Below, piece by piece: positions 26,581 to 40,869 of a stretch of 64,000 bases of DNA. The translations under genes and the position numbers were made by a program. Numbering within the stretch: the stretch's first letter is position 1; every line of letters starts with the position of its first letter. Location: positions 79,484,001 to 79,548,000 of the forward strand of contig OX597831.1 in assembly GCA_951406725.2 (NCBI GenBank). The letters are read 5' to 3'. The notes below the pieces were generated by a model, which was given only the letters and a program-made list of their open reading frames with translations, searched no databases and was not told the DNA's origin. This stretch comes from Octopus vulgaris (taxonomy: Eukaryota).

Positions 26581-26995
26581 GGCGCAGGAGTGGCTGTGTG
26601 GTAAGTAGCTTGCTAACCAACCACATGGTTCCGTGTTCAGTCCCACTGCGTGGCATCTTGGGCAAGTGTCTTCTGCTATAGCCCCGGGCCAACCAATGCC
26701 TTGTGAGTGGATTTGGTAGACGGAAACTGAAAGAAGCCTGTCGTATATATGTATATATATATGTGTGTGTGTGTGTTTGTGTGTCTGTGTTTGTCCCCCT
26801 AGCATTGCTTGACAACTGATGCTGGTGTGTCTACGTCCCCGCCACTTAGCGGTTCGGCAAAAGAGACCGATAGAATAAGTACTGGGCTTACAAAAGAATA
26901 AGTCCCGGGGTCGATTTGCTCGACTAAAGGCGGTGCTCCAGCATGGCCGCAGTCAAATGACTGAAACAAGTAAAAGAGTAAAAGAGTAAAAGAGT
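26581..26995 (+). mobile_element. SINE family A, full-length reference copy
   Basis: ggcgcaggagtggctgtgtggtaag head with A/B boxes, tcttgggcaagtg core, internal (TA)(TG) tract, tail (taaaagag)x3; lies in (TA)n. Confidence 0.92.
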
Positions 26996-27007
26996 ATATA
27001 TTATATA

Positions 27008-27063
<56 letters not shown>

Positions 27064-27282
27064 TAAATTTTAGGGTAGCAAAAAATTCTAGAAAAATTCT
27101 CCGCTACCAGCGGTCAAGTGAGAAAGAAAAAATAGTCAATAGGCTATGTAATATACATTCAAACATATAAGGGATGGCCATAATAGGACATCCGACTCAC
27201 TAGAAAGAGCAGCTAAACTCCAAACCACTAATAGTTGTAATTCTGAAATGGAAAGGGAAATAAAAACGTTTACCCTCTCCTT

Positions 27283-27360
27283 TCTGGACTATGCATAGTT
27301 TCGGCAATCTTTTGTAAATAAAATTAATTTATTTAACACTGGCGTTGCCTCTTCAGCAGA
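27283..27360 (-). ncRNA. Type I hammerhead ribozyme motif, fully canonical
   Basis: Minus strand tctg-CTGAAGA-ggcaa...ttgcc-GAAAC-tatgcata-GTC-caga; all three stems pair and stem III is the palindrome actatgcatagt. Confidence 0.85.
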
Positions 27361-27419
27361 AAAGCCAAGGACTACCATATATTCACGAGGCGATAATAAA
27401 TATGCCTCGAGTCTATATG

Positions 27420-27477
<58 letters not shown>

Positions 27478-27987
27478 TACAGTATGAAATATGAAATGAT
27501 GTCGCTGAATTCAACGTCTGAGTTTCTAGATGACTGCAAAAACTGCCTGAAATAATTCTTTTTTTTTTTTGGTCATCATAAAAATGAAAATTCACATTGG
27601 AAAATGTACTCCTAGGTACATAATGTGTAAAAACGAAACATCAGCTAAACGTAACCAAATCTTCCATAAAGCACTGATTTGCTTCATAAAGAAGGAAAAA
27701 TCACGTTTGTAAATTTAACGAATGCCAAAACAAAATGGTTGCAAAATTTATCCTCTAAACCCTCCCTTAAATCATACTGCACTGTGTTAAAAATGGAAAC
27801 TTCACACTGGAATTCCACCCCCGAGTACACGGAGTACACGACTGTCACAGTTTGGATATCTTTTAGCATTAATCAGTTATGTTAAGATTGATCCAGGTTA
27901 TCGGGAGAGCCTCTGTCTCGTTACTTTTCATTTCAGGAAAGACAGCCAAGTCTTTTTTTTACATTTTTTTTTAACGATCTCCTCTCT

Positions 27988-28325
27988 TAGCACTCCGTCG
28001 GTTACGACGATGAGGGTTCCGGTTGATCCGACCAACGGAACAGCCTGCTCGTGAAATTAACGTGTAAGTGGCTGAGCACTCCACAGACACGTGTACCCTT
28101 AAAAGTAGTTCTCGGGGATATTCAGCGTGACACAGAGAGTGACAAGGCCGGCCCTTTGAAATGCAGGTACAACAGAAACAGGAAGAAAGAGTGAGAGAAA
28201 GTTGTGGTGAAAGAGTACAGCAGGGATCACCACCATCCCCTGCCGGAGCCTCGTGGAGGTTTAGGTGTTTTCGCTCAATAAACACTCACAACGACCGGTC
28301 TGGGAATCGAAACCGCGATCCTACA
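27988..28325 (-). mobile_element. SINE family C, tail type 2
   Basis: B box ggtttcgattcccag and the shared body, then a tail ending gtcgtaaccgacggagtgc. Confidence 0.85.
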
Positions 28326-28871
28326 ACCGTTTTTAACGATAGAAACATTGAGAATGAAGCCATAAATATATTGTTTAAATATTCAATGATTTGGTAACAG
28401 AATATTGTTTTTCATAGTTCCGTATGACAGGAATTACTGCAATCGAAATGCCAGCAACAGCTCCTGAGTACACGACTTTGGTGGTTGTTCAAGCTGCTAG
28501 ATATAGTAGTCAGACTCAAGCTCAGTTATATAGGGAAATTTGAATTCGTACAAATGCACGCGCATAAACACTTGTACAGAAATAGGTGTACGTTCATGCT
28601 GAGTCGCATACCTACATACGTACAAGCGCACAGTGAAAGAGAGAGAGAGAGAGAGACTAAGAGAGAGAGAGAGAGAGACTAAGAGAGAGAGAGAGACTAA
28701 GAGAGAGAGAGAGAGGGAGAGATAGAGACTCAGACAGACAGACGGATAGATAGATAGATAGATAGATAGATAGAGAGATAGAGAGAGAGAGGGAGAGAGA
28801 AAGAAAGAAAGAGAGAGAGAAATAGAGATAGATAGATAGATAGAGAGAGAGAAAGAGAGGGAAATAGAGAC

Positions 28872-28935
<64 letters not shown>

Positions 28936-29210
28936 GGATAGAGAGACGTGCTGCAACACGTGACACTTTCATTTCCCGGTTGCTAACAGCTGCTCCTCAA
29001 ACATATTTCGTCTTTAAAATCGTCCCCTAAAAATTCTTGAGCATTCGTATTTTATCTTCATTTATACACACACACAAACACAAACACACGCACACAAACG
29101 CACACACACACCTCTGTATTTATGTGTGTGTGTGTGTGTGTGTGTATGTGTTTCTGTCTCTGTGTGTGTGTGTATGTGTTTCTGTCTCTGTGTGTGTGTG
29201 TATGTGTTTC

Positions 29211-29280
<70 letters not shown>

Positions 29281-29479
29281 GTGTTTCCTTTCTCCATCGA
29301 GAAAAGCCCGAAATGATAAAACTGCGACCAAAAAGGAAAGACAAGCAAACCAGTTTATTAAAGGGATTTTATCGCGGCCGGCCATCCTCTTGCCAAGCAT
29401 GGGACAGGAAGTCAGGGTTTTTCAAAGACAGGAAGCATGTGTGTAGTTGTTAAACGCTTCCACCTTCTTCAGTCCCGCC

Positions 29480-29561
29480 TTTGTTGTTGTTGTTGTTGTT
29501 GTTATCTACTTGTGGCGTTTATATATCAATCACTGTATCCGAAGACTATAAAAAGGTGGTG

Positions 29562-29605
<44 letters not shown>

Positions 29606-29633
29606 GGTACAACTACTGCTGCTGCTGCTGCTG

Positions 29634-29665
<32 letters not shown>

Positions 29666-29997
29666 GTTGCTGCTGCGTTTGATGATGATTGTGATGACAA
29701 CGTTAGGAGGTGGTGGTGGTGGTGGCGGCGGTGACAGTCTGGATGGTGGTGTTTTAGTCGTGATAGAGGCAATGATGGCGATGGTGATGGTGGTGGTAAT
29801 AGTGGCAGTGGCGATGGTTGCGGTCGTTGTCGTTATGACCGCTGCTGCTGCTGCTGGTGATGATGATGATGATCATCATCATCATCATCATCTTCATCAT
29901 CATCATCATCATCGTGGAGGAGGAGGAGGAGGAGGAGGAGGAGGAGGAGGAGGAGGAGGAGGAGAAGAAGAAGAAGAAGAAGAAGAAGAAGAAGAAG

Positions 29998-30027
<30 letters not shown>
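29480..30027. repeat. Compound trinucleotide microsatellites (TTG, CTA, CTG, GGT, GAT/CAT, GGA, GAA)
   Basis: Direct reading. Confidence 0.95.
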
Positions 30028-30028
<1 letters not shown>

Positions 30029-30919
30029 TTATATATTACTAATACCGAGTTTTAAGAGAGATATGGTAATATATCAATATCAGTCCATTCAGCTTGCGAA
30101 ACTGACTTGTACCTGTAATTCACACGGATCAGCCTTATCACAATACTGTATCACGCTGACTCACCTTCAGATCTACGTTGAGCTTACTTGTCTCTGTAGA
30201 GTGCTCAACCACATGCATCTTCATTGACAAGCCAGCTGTTTCGTGGTTCGAATTAACTGGAACCCTCACCGTCGTAAACGACAATCAGGTTTTAGTGCTA
30301 CAGATTATCTGTAGACAAGTTTAATCCGTAGCCGTTCATTATATCCGCAATACAGAATAGTGCAGTTTACCAGTGTATGATGACGTATGAACGTTTATAA
30401 TTTAGCAAAATATTTGATAAATGTAGTGCATCTATTTCTTCGCTGGACGTTCCGACAGATTTGAACGTAACAATTTGATTGCTATTGTTTTCCATCATCG
30501 GAGAACATCTTCCTTGAACCTGTCCTTCTCAACCATTTTATAACTCTAGACTCCTTTAATTCCTATTTTACTCGAGTCGTTCCTCACAGCCATGAATATT
30601 ATTAGGAATTGTATAAAAGAATGAAAATATCTTGAGTATTGTAGAAGTATAAACACACTTTATGGCAGATAAATTTTAACGACAAAATCTTAAAAGGTTT
30701 CCCCCATCACCACCACCACAAAGAGCTCTGATTCAGAACCACTGCTATAGACGATTCACCTGAGTAATAGAGCTTTGAAAGAACTTGATGTTTCGGCCTT
30801 AATTTGTGTCTCATCAGTGAAAGCTACACATGGATCAACGAAATTAAACGAGAGTAATGACGCTTGCTTATAGAATCATCCTACCCGTGGAACAATGAAA
30901 GTAAACGAGAGCAGCAAGC

Positions 30920-32090
30920 GGCGGTGGCGGCGGTGGAGGTGGGGGATGATGTAGTGGTGGTGGCGACGGTGGTTGTGCTTCTGATGGTAATGCTGGCAAT
31001 TGTAATGGTGGTCGTTGTGTTAGTTAAAGTTGATGGTTTTGATGATGGTGGTGATAGTGTTAGTTGTGTTGCTGTTCTTAGCAGTGATGGTCACCGTGAC
31101 GGTTGCGATGGCAACAGTGGTGGTGTCGGCGATAGATTGGTGATGGTGGTGGTGGTAGTTTTGGTCGTGGTGTTGATAGTGTTGGTGGCAGCAGTGGTAT
31201 TGGATTTGCTGGAAGTTATGATGGTAGTGGCGATGGTGTTGGTTGTGATGTAGTAGTGGTGCTCCTAATGGTAATGCTGGTGGAAGTGGTAGCAATCATT
31301 GTGTTGCGTGGGTTGTTGTTGTTGTTGTTGTTTTTGCTGATGGTGGTAGTGGTGCTGCTGCTCGTTGTGCTGTTGGTATTGGTGGTGACAGCGGTGGTGG
31401 TGCTTCTAATGGTTGTGATAATGGTGCTGGTAGTAGTCGTGGTGTTGGCTGTGTTGGTGGTGATAGTGGTGGTGGTGGTTGTGGTGATGGTAGTGGTCGT
31501 GATGGTGGTGGTGGTGGTGGTGCTGGTGGTAGTGTTGGTAGTGATGGTGGTGGTGGTGGCGGTGGTGTGGTGGTGGTGGTGGTGGTGGTGGTGGTGATAG
31601 TGGTGTGGTGGTGGGTGGTGGTGATAGTGGTGGTGGTGGCGGTGGTTGTGGTGATGGTAGTGGTGGTGGTGGTGGTGGTGGTGGTGGCGGCGGTTGTGGT
31701 GGTGGCGGTGGTTGTGGTGGTGGTGGTGGTGGTGGTGGTGACGATAGTGGTGGTGGTGGTGGTGGTGATAGTGGTGGTGGTGGCGGTGGTTGTGGTGATG
31801 GTAGTGTTGGTAGTGATGGTGGTGGTGGTGGCGGTGGTTGTGGTGGTGGCGGTGGTTGTGGTGGTGGTGGTGGTGGCAATAGTGGTGGTGGTGGTGGTGG
31901 TGGTGGTGGTGGTGGTGGTGGTGGCAATAGTGGTGGTGGTGGTGATAGTGGTGGTGGTGATGGCGGTGGTGGTGGCAGTGGTTGTGGTGGTGGTGGTGGT
32001 GGTAGTATTGATGATGAAGATAATAGTGATGATGGTGATTGTGTTGGTGGTGGCGGTGGTGATGATTGTCGTCGTCGTCGTCGTCGTGGA
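30920..32090. repeat. Long degenerate (GGT)n tract
   Basis: Direct reading; source of the poly-V/T/H/P/G ORFs. Confidence 0.95.
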
Positions 32091-32764
32091 AATAAAAGAA
32101 GAAATAATCCAAGATCGCCGACAATCCATGCCACTCAAAGTGGACTTGTAAATGGTTCGGCAAAAAGTTAAGCTCTTCATTAAGAGAAAACGCTGAAACT
32201 GGCACCTTCGGGTAGAGGGCGCTTAATCCTGGTCGAAGATCACCTCTATATGTCACGTGATTCTATGCTAATCTGACAATTTCCTAAACATGGTATTCAC
32301 ATCTTTGTCTTTCCTAATGTATGTATGTATGTATGTATATGTGGGCAAATATTTAGGTATGTATGTATATATGCATGGACGTATATATGTATATAACTAT
32401 TTACGTATGCATGTACGTATGTATGCATGTATGTATGTGTTTATGTATATGTGCATGTGTATATCTATAAGTGTATGTGTGCGTATATTTTTCTGAGTGT
32501 GTGTGTGTGTGTGTGTATGCACGTGAATATTTATGTGTATATGTGCGTACGTATGTACTTTTACATGTATGTGTATGTATTTATGTGTAGGGTCGAGTAT
32601 TTATGCATGAATGTATGCCTATCCATCTATCCATCTATTCTGGAGAGAATACCTATTTCGTTTTTGGACTACAATGTGTGCATTTCTTAACTACACACAC
32701 ACACGCGCGCGCAAACACACACACATATGAATTTGTATAAGCAACAAGGATATCCAGAGGTAAT

Positions 32765-32854
32765 GCAGTACGATCGTTTCATGCAACTCCATTTAATTGA
32801 AGAATGCTATCATTTCATTACATCAACTGAAAATGTAAAGCTATCTTCAGCTAC
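32765..32854 (-). ncRNA. Hammerhead ribozyme motif with damaged stem II
   Basis: Minus strand gtag-CTGAAGA-tagc...gcat-GAAAC-gatc-GTA-ctgc. Confidence 0.6.
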
Positions 32855-32960
32855 ACAAAGACATAGAAGTTAATTAAATTAGAACAGAAGGACACATTAG
32901 CATAATTTTACCTCCTAAGACCTCCAAGAAGCTAAAGAGATAGACAAAGATCATGTTGTA

Positions 32961-33060
<100 letters not shown>

Positions 33061-33072
33061 TATGTATATTAG

Positions 33073-33109
<37 letters not shown>

Positions 33110-33146
33110 ATATATATATGTATGTTATATAATATATATATATATG

Positions 33147-33224
<78 letters not shown>

Positions 33225-33235
33225 CATATATATAC

Positions 33236-33282
<47 letters not shown>

Positions 33283-33424
33283 CACACATCACACAGATAC
33301 ATAAAAAGTATATCCATTTTTAGTTTCCACCACTAATTATAAACCAAAAGATATATATATAAGAAAAACAAAATGGAGATTAGAATTTGATGACTGTTTA
33401 TTATTAACAGCAAATTAACCATCA

Positions 33425-33510
33425 TCCCTTACAGCTGTTTCAATTAATACTCAAGAAATATTAATTATATATTAAATTTATATAACCTGAGCATAATATC
33501 TTCAGATGGA
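33425..33510 (-). ncRNA. Hammerhead ribozyme motif, near-intact
   Basis: Minus strand tccat-CTGAAGA-tattatgctca...tgagtattaatt-GAAAC-agct-GTA-aggga; one stem I mismatch and a mismatched stem II closing pair. Confidence 0.6.
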
Positions 33511-33556
33511 GAAAAATATACCCTTGGATGTTTTATGCATCATAACCTCTCATCGA

Positions 33557-33605
<49 letters not shown>

Positions 33606-33632
33606 CATATAATATAATAACATATATATACG

Positions 33633-33723
<91 letters not shown>

Positions 33724-33902
33724 CTACATGTGTGTACTTACATAAAGGCTCGTTTCCAAGTGAGGATGATGTTCAGCAAATGATAATATTATCATGGGGT
33801 CCATTTGTTGGACAAGGTTACATACTACTACTTTCTTTCATTTTTACCTCTCTCTCTCTCCCTCTTTCTCTCTCTGTGTTCAAGCAGGGCTACATCTACA
33901 TC

Positions 33903-33964
<62 letters not shown>

Positions 33965-34106
33965 CCTATATATGCGTGTGTATTGGTAAATGTATTGAAG
34001 TTCACAAATGAGGGAGCTTTAAGCTTTAGTCATTTTATTACCTTGGTTTCTGTCAATCTATAAGTGTGTGTGTGCGTCCGTGTGCGTTTATTACACACTC
34101 ACACAC

Positions 34107-34137
<31 letters not shown>

Positions 34138-34141
34138 CACG

Positions 34142-34187
<46 letters not shown>

Positions 34188-34228
34188 GCACCCATGCGCA
34201 GAAACACATAGACGTACGTGCGCATACA

Positions 34229-34321
<93 letters not shown>

Positions 34322-34707
34322 TGACTCACCATGGCACCTAAGCTGTGTCAAATGTCGTGCTAAATAACTTCTTTCAAATCTTCCATTTTCACCTTTTAAT
34401 CAAGGAACGGAAAGTGAGAGAATTGGCCAAATTTACAATAAAAATGCCCGCAGGTACCAAAGCCAAACTTTCCATTTCGCCCGTTATATCTTTCTAATAT
34501 CGTCTGTATCACCCCCCCTCTTCACTTAGCTCCTTATTCATTTCACTACCTGCCTGCTATCTACCTGCATTCCTTACTTACATCCCTGCCTGTATATCTG
34601 TTTATCTATCTACTTATCAAAGAAGCTAACAATACCTAATCAGACCATTTATCTATCTATCTCTATATCTATCTAATTGTCTATCTGTTTATCAATCCAT
34701 CTGTCAG

Positions 34708-34806
<99 letters not shown>

Positions 34807-34911
34807 ACATGTCTGTTTATATATATTGTTCTATATATATATCCATCTATCTATCCATCTATGTATCTATCTATCGATCTATCTTTCTACCAATCTCTCT
34901 CTCTCTCTCTT

Positions 34912-35000
<89 letters not shown>

Positions 35001-35592
35001 ATCTATCTGTCTGTCTGTCTGTCTATCTATCTTGTCTATCTCTCTATCTATTGCTCTCTCTGTTAGTCTGACTGTCTACATATTCGTCCCTCTGACTATC
35101 TATTTACCTGTTTAGATTCGTGTATGTGTGTGTGTGTGTGTGTATGTGCGTACGTGCATGTTTGCGTGTGTGTGTGCGTGTGTGTGTATCACTTATGAAT
35201 TTACCTCTCGTCTTTCTATAGATCTAGAACCAGCACAGCAAGTTACGACGTATAAAGACACACACAGATATACATACACACACACACACACACACACACC
35301 CAAATATGTATGTCTCGACGCTCATCTTACCCTATCATATCTTAGCCATGGTCGACAAAATGGTTGCGCTTATAGCTCAACTTGATTTTTCAATTCTTTA
35401 TTCTCTCTCCAGACTTTGAATACTTTCCTTTATTGATCTCTCCTTTACTCATATCGATTCCGACTTATCTTGATAGTCTTTTAGTTCCTTCTTCCTACTA
35501 AATGCTCCAATCTTGTGTCAGACTTAAGTGACCTATTGACTGCCCTCTCTCCAATTTAAAACAGTGTGTAGATTACAAGGAACGCAGCGCGT

Positions 35593-35651
<59 letters not shown>

Positions 35652-35776
35652 ATGTATATATGTATGTGTGTATATATTTGTGTATATTTGTGTGTATTAA
35701 TAATAATAATATATATCCATATATACACACGCATATGTACACACATCTACACGTGTATATATATATATATATATAT

Positions 35777-36093
35777 AAATTATAACTTAGGATATCTACG
35801 AGATACCACGATGCAGAAAATAGCAGCCATGATCTGTCTCTAAAACCACCTTAAGTGTTCATATAGACAAAAAGATAAAATATAAGTAGTAAAAAATTGA
35901 TGAGGCAAAGCATTTCTAAATGCAAAGCCAGAAATCCGGGATCTGGAATTATCCAGTAATTTTTTACTACTTTTATTTTGTCTATTTGTCTTCTCTCCTT
36001 GTGCTATATGAACACTTGAGGTGGTTTTAGAGTCAGATCATGGTTGGTACTTTCAGCATGGCGGTATCACGTATATACCGTAAGTTATAATTT
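35777..36093. repeat. ~317-bp foldback with a hammerhead-like apex
   Basis: Arms 35777-35896 and 35959-36093 are reverse complements with mismatches and an indel; the arm sequence recurs at ~51185-51295. Confidence 0.8.
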
Positions 36094-36126
36094 TAATAAT
36101 AATTATTACCTTTGAAGGTTATGTGC

Positions 36127-36173
<47 letters not shown>

Positions 36174-37098
36174 TATGTAGGCACAGGACTTCACGAAACA
36201 TGTACAACAAAATAAAACGAAGTACGAGTACATGGAATATGAACTAATTTTTCGAACAATATATATTTGTGTGTGTGTGTGTATATGAGTGTGGTTGTGT
36301 ATGCGTGCGTGACTGTATTAAATATATATACACGTACATATATTATATTATATATATATAAGTAAATATGTGAAGTATTATTACTGTTAAAAATAGAAAT
36401 AATGAAGTGGCTAGCAAGACTTCTACCTAAACAGGTATAATATGAAATTTTTGAAGAAAGGAAGGGTAAAGATTCCGCTCGCTAAAAATGAAAGCGAAAT
36501 CCTAAAAAAAAACCCACCAATTCTATCCAATCTATAACCGATACCGTCGAGATTTTGTGGAAAGCCTTAAACTGTGGTATTCGTCTCTCGAAGAAACATC
36601 TGGTATAGATATATAATGTTATATTAGGAATGACAGAAATATGTGAGTCGGGAACGAAAGGTGTCTGACAGCACTTGTAGAATTGCTAAATTTTTCTGCA
36701 CTTTTGTGCGCCAGCAGTAGACAGTATAGGCGCAAGCGTCGCTAGTGCTTCTTACTACGCTCAAACGCCGAGCAAAGCCTTGTGAGTACACGGAGAATAA
36801 AAGAGGTGGGGGCAGTGCAGATGTATTCTGCAGATTTGTGCTTAATTTTTCTATCTTGGATTCCTATTTATAAAATGGCTGCTTTTATTTCATTTAAAGC
36901 TTAAAATCAAAAAATCTTAAGCTTCCTACTTCAAGCATAACTGGTACTGTTTGATAGTTCCTTTCATCAAAATCACAATAACCTAGGGAGTTTTAGGCCT
37001 TAAAATATATATTAATTGATTAACGAAAAATAAAATCTTGAAATGATCTTAATAAGAATATGAAACGTTTTGGCACCGCTACTTTGAAACGGTCACAT

Positions 37099-37117
37099 TG
37101 CCGCCCCCTAGTGGCCT
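37099..37117 (-). promoter_or_regulatory. Candidate CTCF-binding motif
   Basis: Minus strand aggCCACTAGGGGGCGgca closely matches the bilaterian CTCF core CCASYAGRKGGCRS. Confidence 0.4.
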
Positions 37118-37219
37118 GGCTGATTTGCAGCTGACATAATTGACATAAGCCGTTTTAAAGTTTTTTCTCCTTTTATTGTTTTTCTCGTTTTAATACTTTC
37201 CCATTATCTCTGTCTCTCG

Positions 37220-37272
<53 letters not shown>

Positions 37273-38132
37273 GAGGAGACGAAATATGTTTATGTCAATC
37301 GTATTCAGTTGATAAATTGAGCGAAATGACATACATGTGTATTCAAATTGATTATTATTTATGAGAGTCACGTGTTTATAGATTTAATGTTGTTTATCTT
37401 AATGAAACAGCTGTCGAAAACAACGCTTTTAAAAGATATCAATGAGTATATGCGTGTGTGTGTGTGTCTTTGTGTGTGTGTGTGTGTGTATGTGTGTGTG
37501 CGTGTATGGATACATCCTTGTACAGATATATATTCATAAAGTAGATTATTGCAAGACAAGGTAAAACATAAACAACATACATGTGTGCAGACGGAATTAG
37601 ACTTACCGAACTTAAGAGTAAACTAGAAAGAAAAAGAGAGCGGGAGGGGGAAGGAGAAAAGGGAGAGAGGAGGGAAGAGAAAGAGACATAGATTAAGAGA
37701 GAGATAGAAGAAGAAGAAGAAGAAGAAGAAGAAGAAGAAGAAGAAGAAAAAGAAGAAGACGAAGAAGAAGAAGAAAAAGAAGAAAGAGAGAGAGAGGGAG
37801 CAGTATTTTGAAGACAATGTCATAAGCGTCTTACAATTAAAGAATGAAAGAGAAACTAATAAGCGATGATAAAAACAATAACAAACATTAGGAAAAAACA
37901 ATTCATGTTTTGTGAAGAATTTTCCACTCGTTTGTCGGGATTTGTTCAAAATTGGCAGCGAACCGATTCCAGTTTTAGCTCCGAGCTTCTTTGAATGATT
38001 TACGGAAAATTCAAAGTTTTCCATTTAAATCCCTTTGAAAAGAGAGAATGACAGGACAATCTTTTGGAAAATTGTCAATATTAAGTGTGTCTGTGTGTAT
38101 GGCGTTTGTGTGCGCTTGTGTATGTGTGTGCG

Positions 38133-38167
<35 letters not shown>

Positions 38168-38259
38168 ATGTTGTTTATAATTTTTATGACACATATATGT
38201 GATTAACTATATATGTATGTTTCTGCGCCACATTACTCGTGAGGATATATCAGCATATA

Positions 38260-38296
<37 letters not shown>

Positions 38297-38534
38297 GTTT
38301 GTGTGTGTGTGCGTGCGAGTGTGCGAGTCTGCGTGTGTGTGAAGGGATAGATACACAGGTAGGTAGATCTATCCATATGTACATATATGCGCGCACGCGC
38401 GCGTGTGTGTGTGGTATGTGCGTGCGTGTTTGTGTGTGTACACACGTGTCTATACAGAACATATATACATGTCCAGCTGTGTACCTATCTTTTTATCCAC
38501 ATATCTGTCTATATATAAATACACACACACACAC

Positions 38535-38590
<56 letters not shown>

Positions 38591-39111
38591 TTATATATGT
38601 ATAAACATAGATAGATACATATATAAATATATACGTGCATTTATATGCGCGCACATATTCACACGTATTACATGCTTACTCCTAAATACAGTACTGCATA
38701 CAAACATGCATAGATACATACATCCTTCCATACAAAGACACCTATATACATGCACACATACGTTCATGTTCACACCTATACACACATATACACGCATTCA
38801 CATATACATCTTGCATCAGCTGCCGACTTCATTCATACACGACATCAATAAAAACGCTCTAAATATAGCTTGGGTTTCTTTTAAAAATAAAGTTGTTGGC
38901 AATTTCAAAATGTCGGCTTTTTTTATCTCTAGTTTTTATTTAGTTATTTATCCATTTTCTCGTATCTTTTTTTCTTTTTTGTTCTCTCAACACCCACCCC
39001 GACACCAACCCGTTTCTTATTATTTATTGAATAAATTGGAATGTGACAATATGGAGTTATGAGTGACGTAGTGAAAATGGTCTGGTTGAATGTCAGTCTA
39101 ATATATAGTAC

Positions 39112-39221
<110 letters not shown>

Positions 39222-39375
39222 CGGTGGTGGTAGTAGTAGTAGTAGTAGTAATAGTAGTAATAGTAGTAGTGATGGTGGTGGTAGCGGTGGTGGTGGTTAT
39301 AGTGGTACCACTTGTTACTATTGCAGTAATATTAATTGAGTTTTAGCACCAGTAGATGTGCCTATAGTAGAAAGG

Positions 39376-39434
<59 letters not shown>

Positions 39435-39461
39435 CATTATTATTATTATTACTATTATTAC

Positions 39462-40035
39462 TGAGTGAGAGAGCAGTGTATGCCATCAAAGTGACGCCGT
39501 CGTAAAATATATGAAGCCCAGTATACCCATCATGACTACCCGTCTGATAAGGGTACACCAGGCACATGCATCACAACCATATGTGCGCGACATTGTGATC
39601 TCATATCAAGATAAACAACACATGACCTTGCAGGTGGGGCCCAGTTAGGATTTTCTTCTGATCGATTAACCCATGCTGCTCAAAAGGTCCTTGAATAAGG
39701 GTTGTTTAAGGATGTTGAACGAAACACCCATGTTTCAAGAGGTGAATTATTCAAACCCCAAAGGATCCCTCTCAACACATGGCTATGATGCTCCCCCACT
39801 ACTTCTGCTCGTGATCAGAGATGCACATATCGTCAGCCACTAAGGGACATGCTCAACTGGTTAAGGTCAAACAACTGACAAGCAAATCTGTTGTATTGAG
39901 CAGAATATTTGCTGTAGCCCATATTTTATACCAAGACAAAACCTTGTACATGATAACACTTCCAATCAGTTCAAATCAAAAGCTATGAGAGCCACTGCCT
40001 GGTACTGCATCAGGGCATTGCCATGAGAGCCACTG
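39462..40035 (-). mobile_element. (TAA)n-associated non-coding element, copy 2
   Basis: Near-identical to 887-1367 but longer; 3' end abuts (ATT)n; ~34-bp duplication at the 5' end. Confidence 0.85.
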
Positions 40036-40183
40036 CCTGGCACTGCATCAGGGCAACTGTCTGCTACTGCCGCCATTCATCCTTTCGGGTTCTATAAAAT
40101 AAATACCAGTTGAGCAGTGAGGTTGATGTAATCAACTTACACAACCCTCAAAATTCCTGGCCTTGTGCCAAAATTTGATCCAT

Positions 40184-40307
<124 letters not shown>

Positions 40308-40338
40308 TAATAATAATTATAATAATAAGAAGTAGTAA

Positions 40339-40373
<35 letters not shown>

Positions 40374-40434
40374 ATGGTGGTGGGGGCGGCGGCAGCGGCG
40401 GTGGTGGTGGTGGTCGTGGTGGATGTGGTGGTGC

Positions 40435-40469
<35 letters not shown>

Positions 40470-40808
40470 AATATTATACATACCGATTTACAGTCATATA
40501 TATACACAGAAATATACAGACGTGTCAAATTTACGTAACAATCGCATATGTACACACACACACACTCATATACATACATACATACATACATACATACATA
40601 CATACATACATACATACAGGCCCACTCGTTACACTGATCGCGGGGTCTGGAAGACCAACAAGATGTACGTTGACTATCTGCTGAGCCCTTCCCTAAAAAC
40701 AAAAGTAAAAGAACCCTTAATTCCAGGATGTACCTTTGTGCCTCTTTACCAAATTTCTCTCGGAAGCCCTGCAACACACACACACACACACTCTCTCTCT
40801 CTCACACA

Positions 40809-40869
<61 letters not shown>

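Noticed and set aside
26581-26650. tRNA-like sequences with A and B boxes (also ~3000-3076, 18700-18785, 42140-42216)
   Set aside because: SINE heads continuing into core and tail; no convincing cloverleaf seen
31216-32256. 346-aa His/Thr-rich and overlapping Pro/Val/Gly ORFs
   Set aside because: (GGT)n microsatellite with no stops in most frames; no domain or splice support
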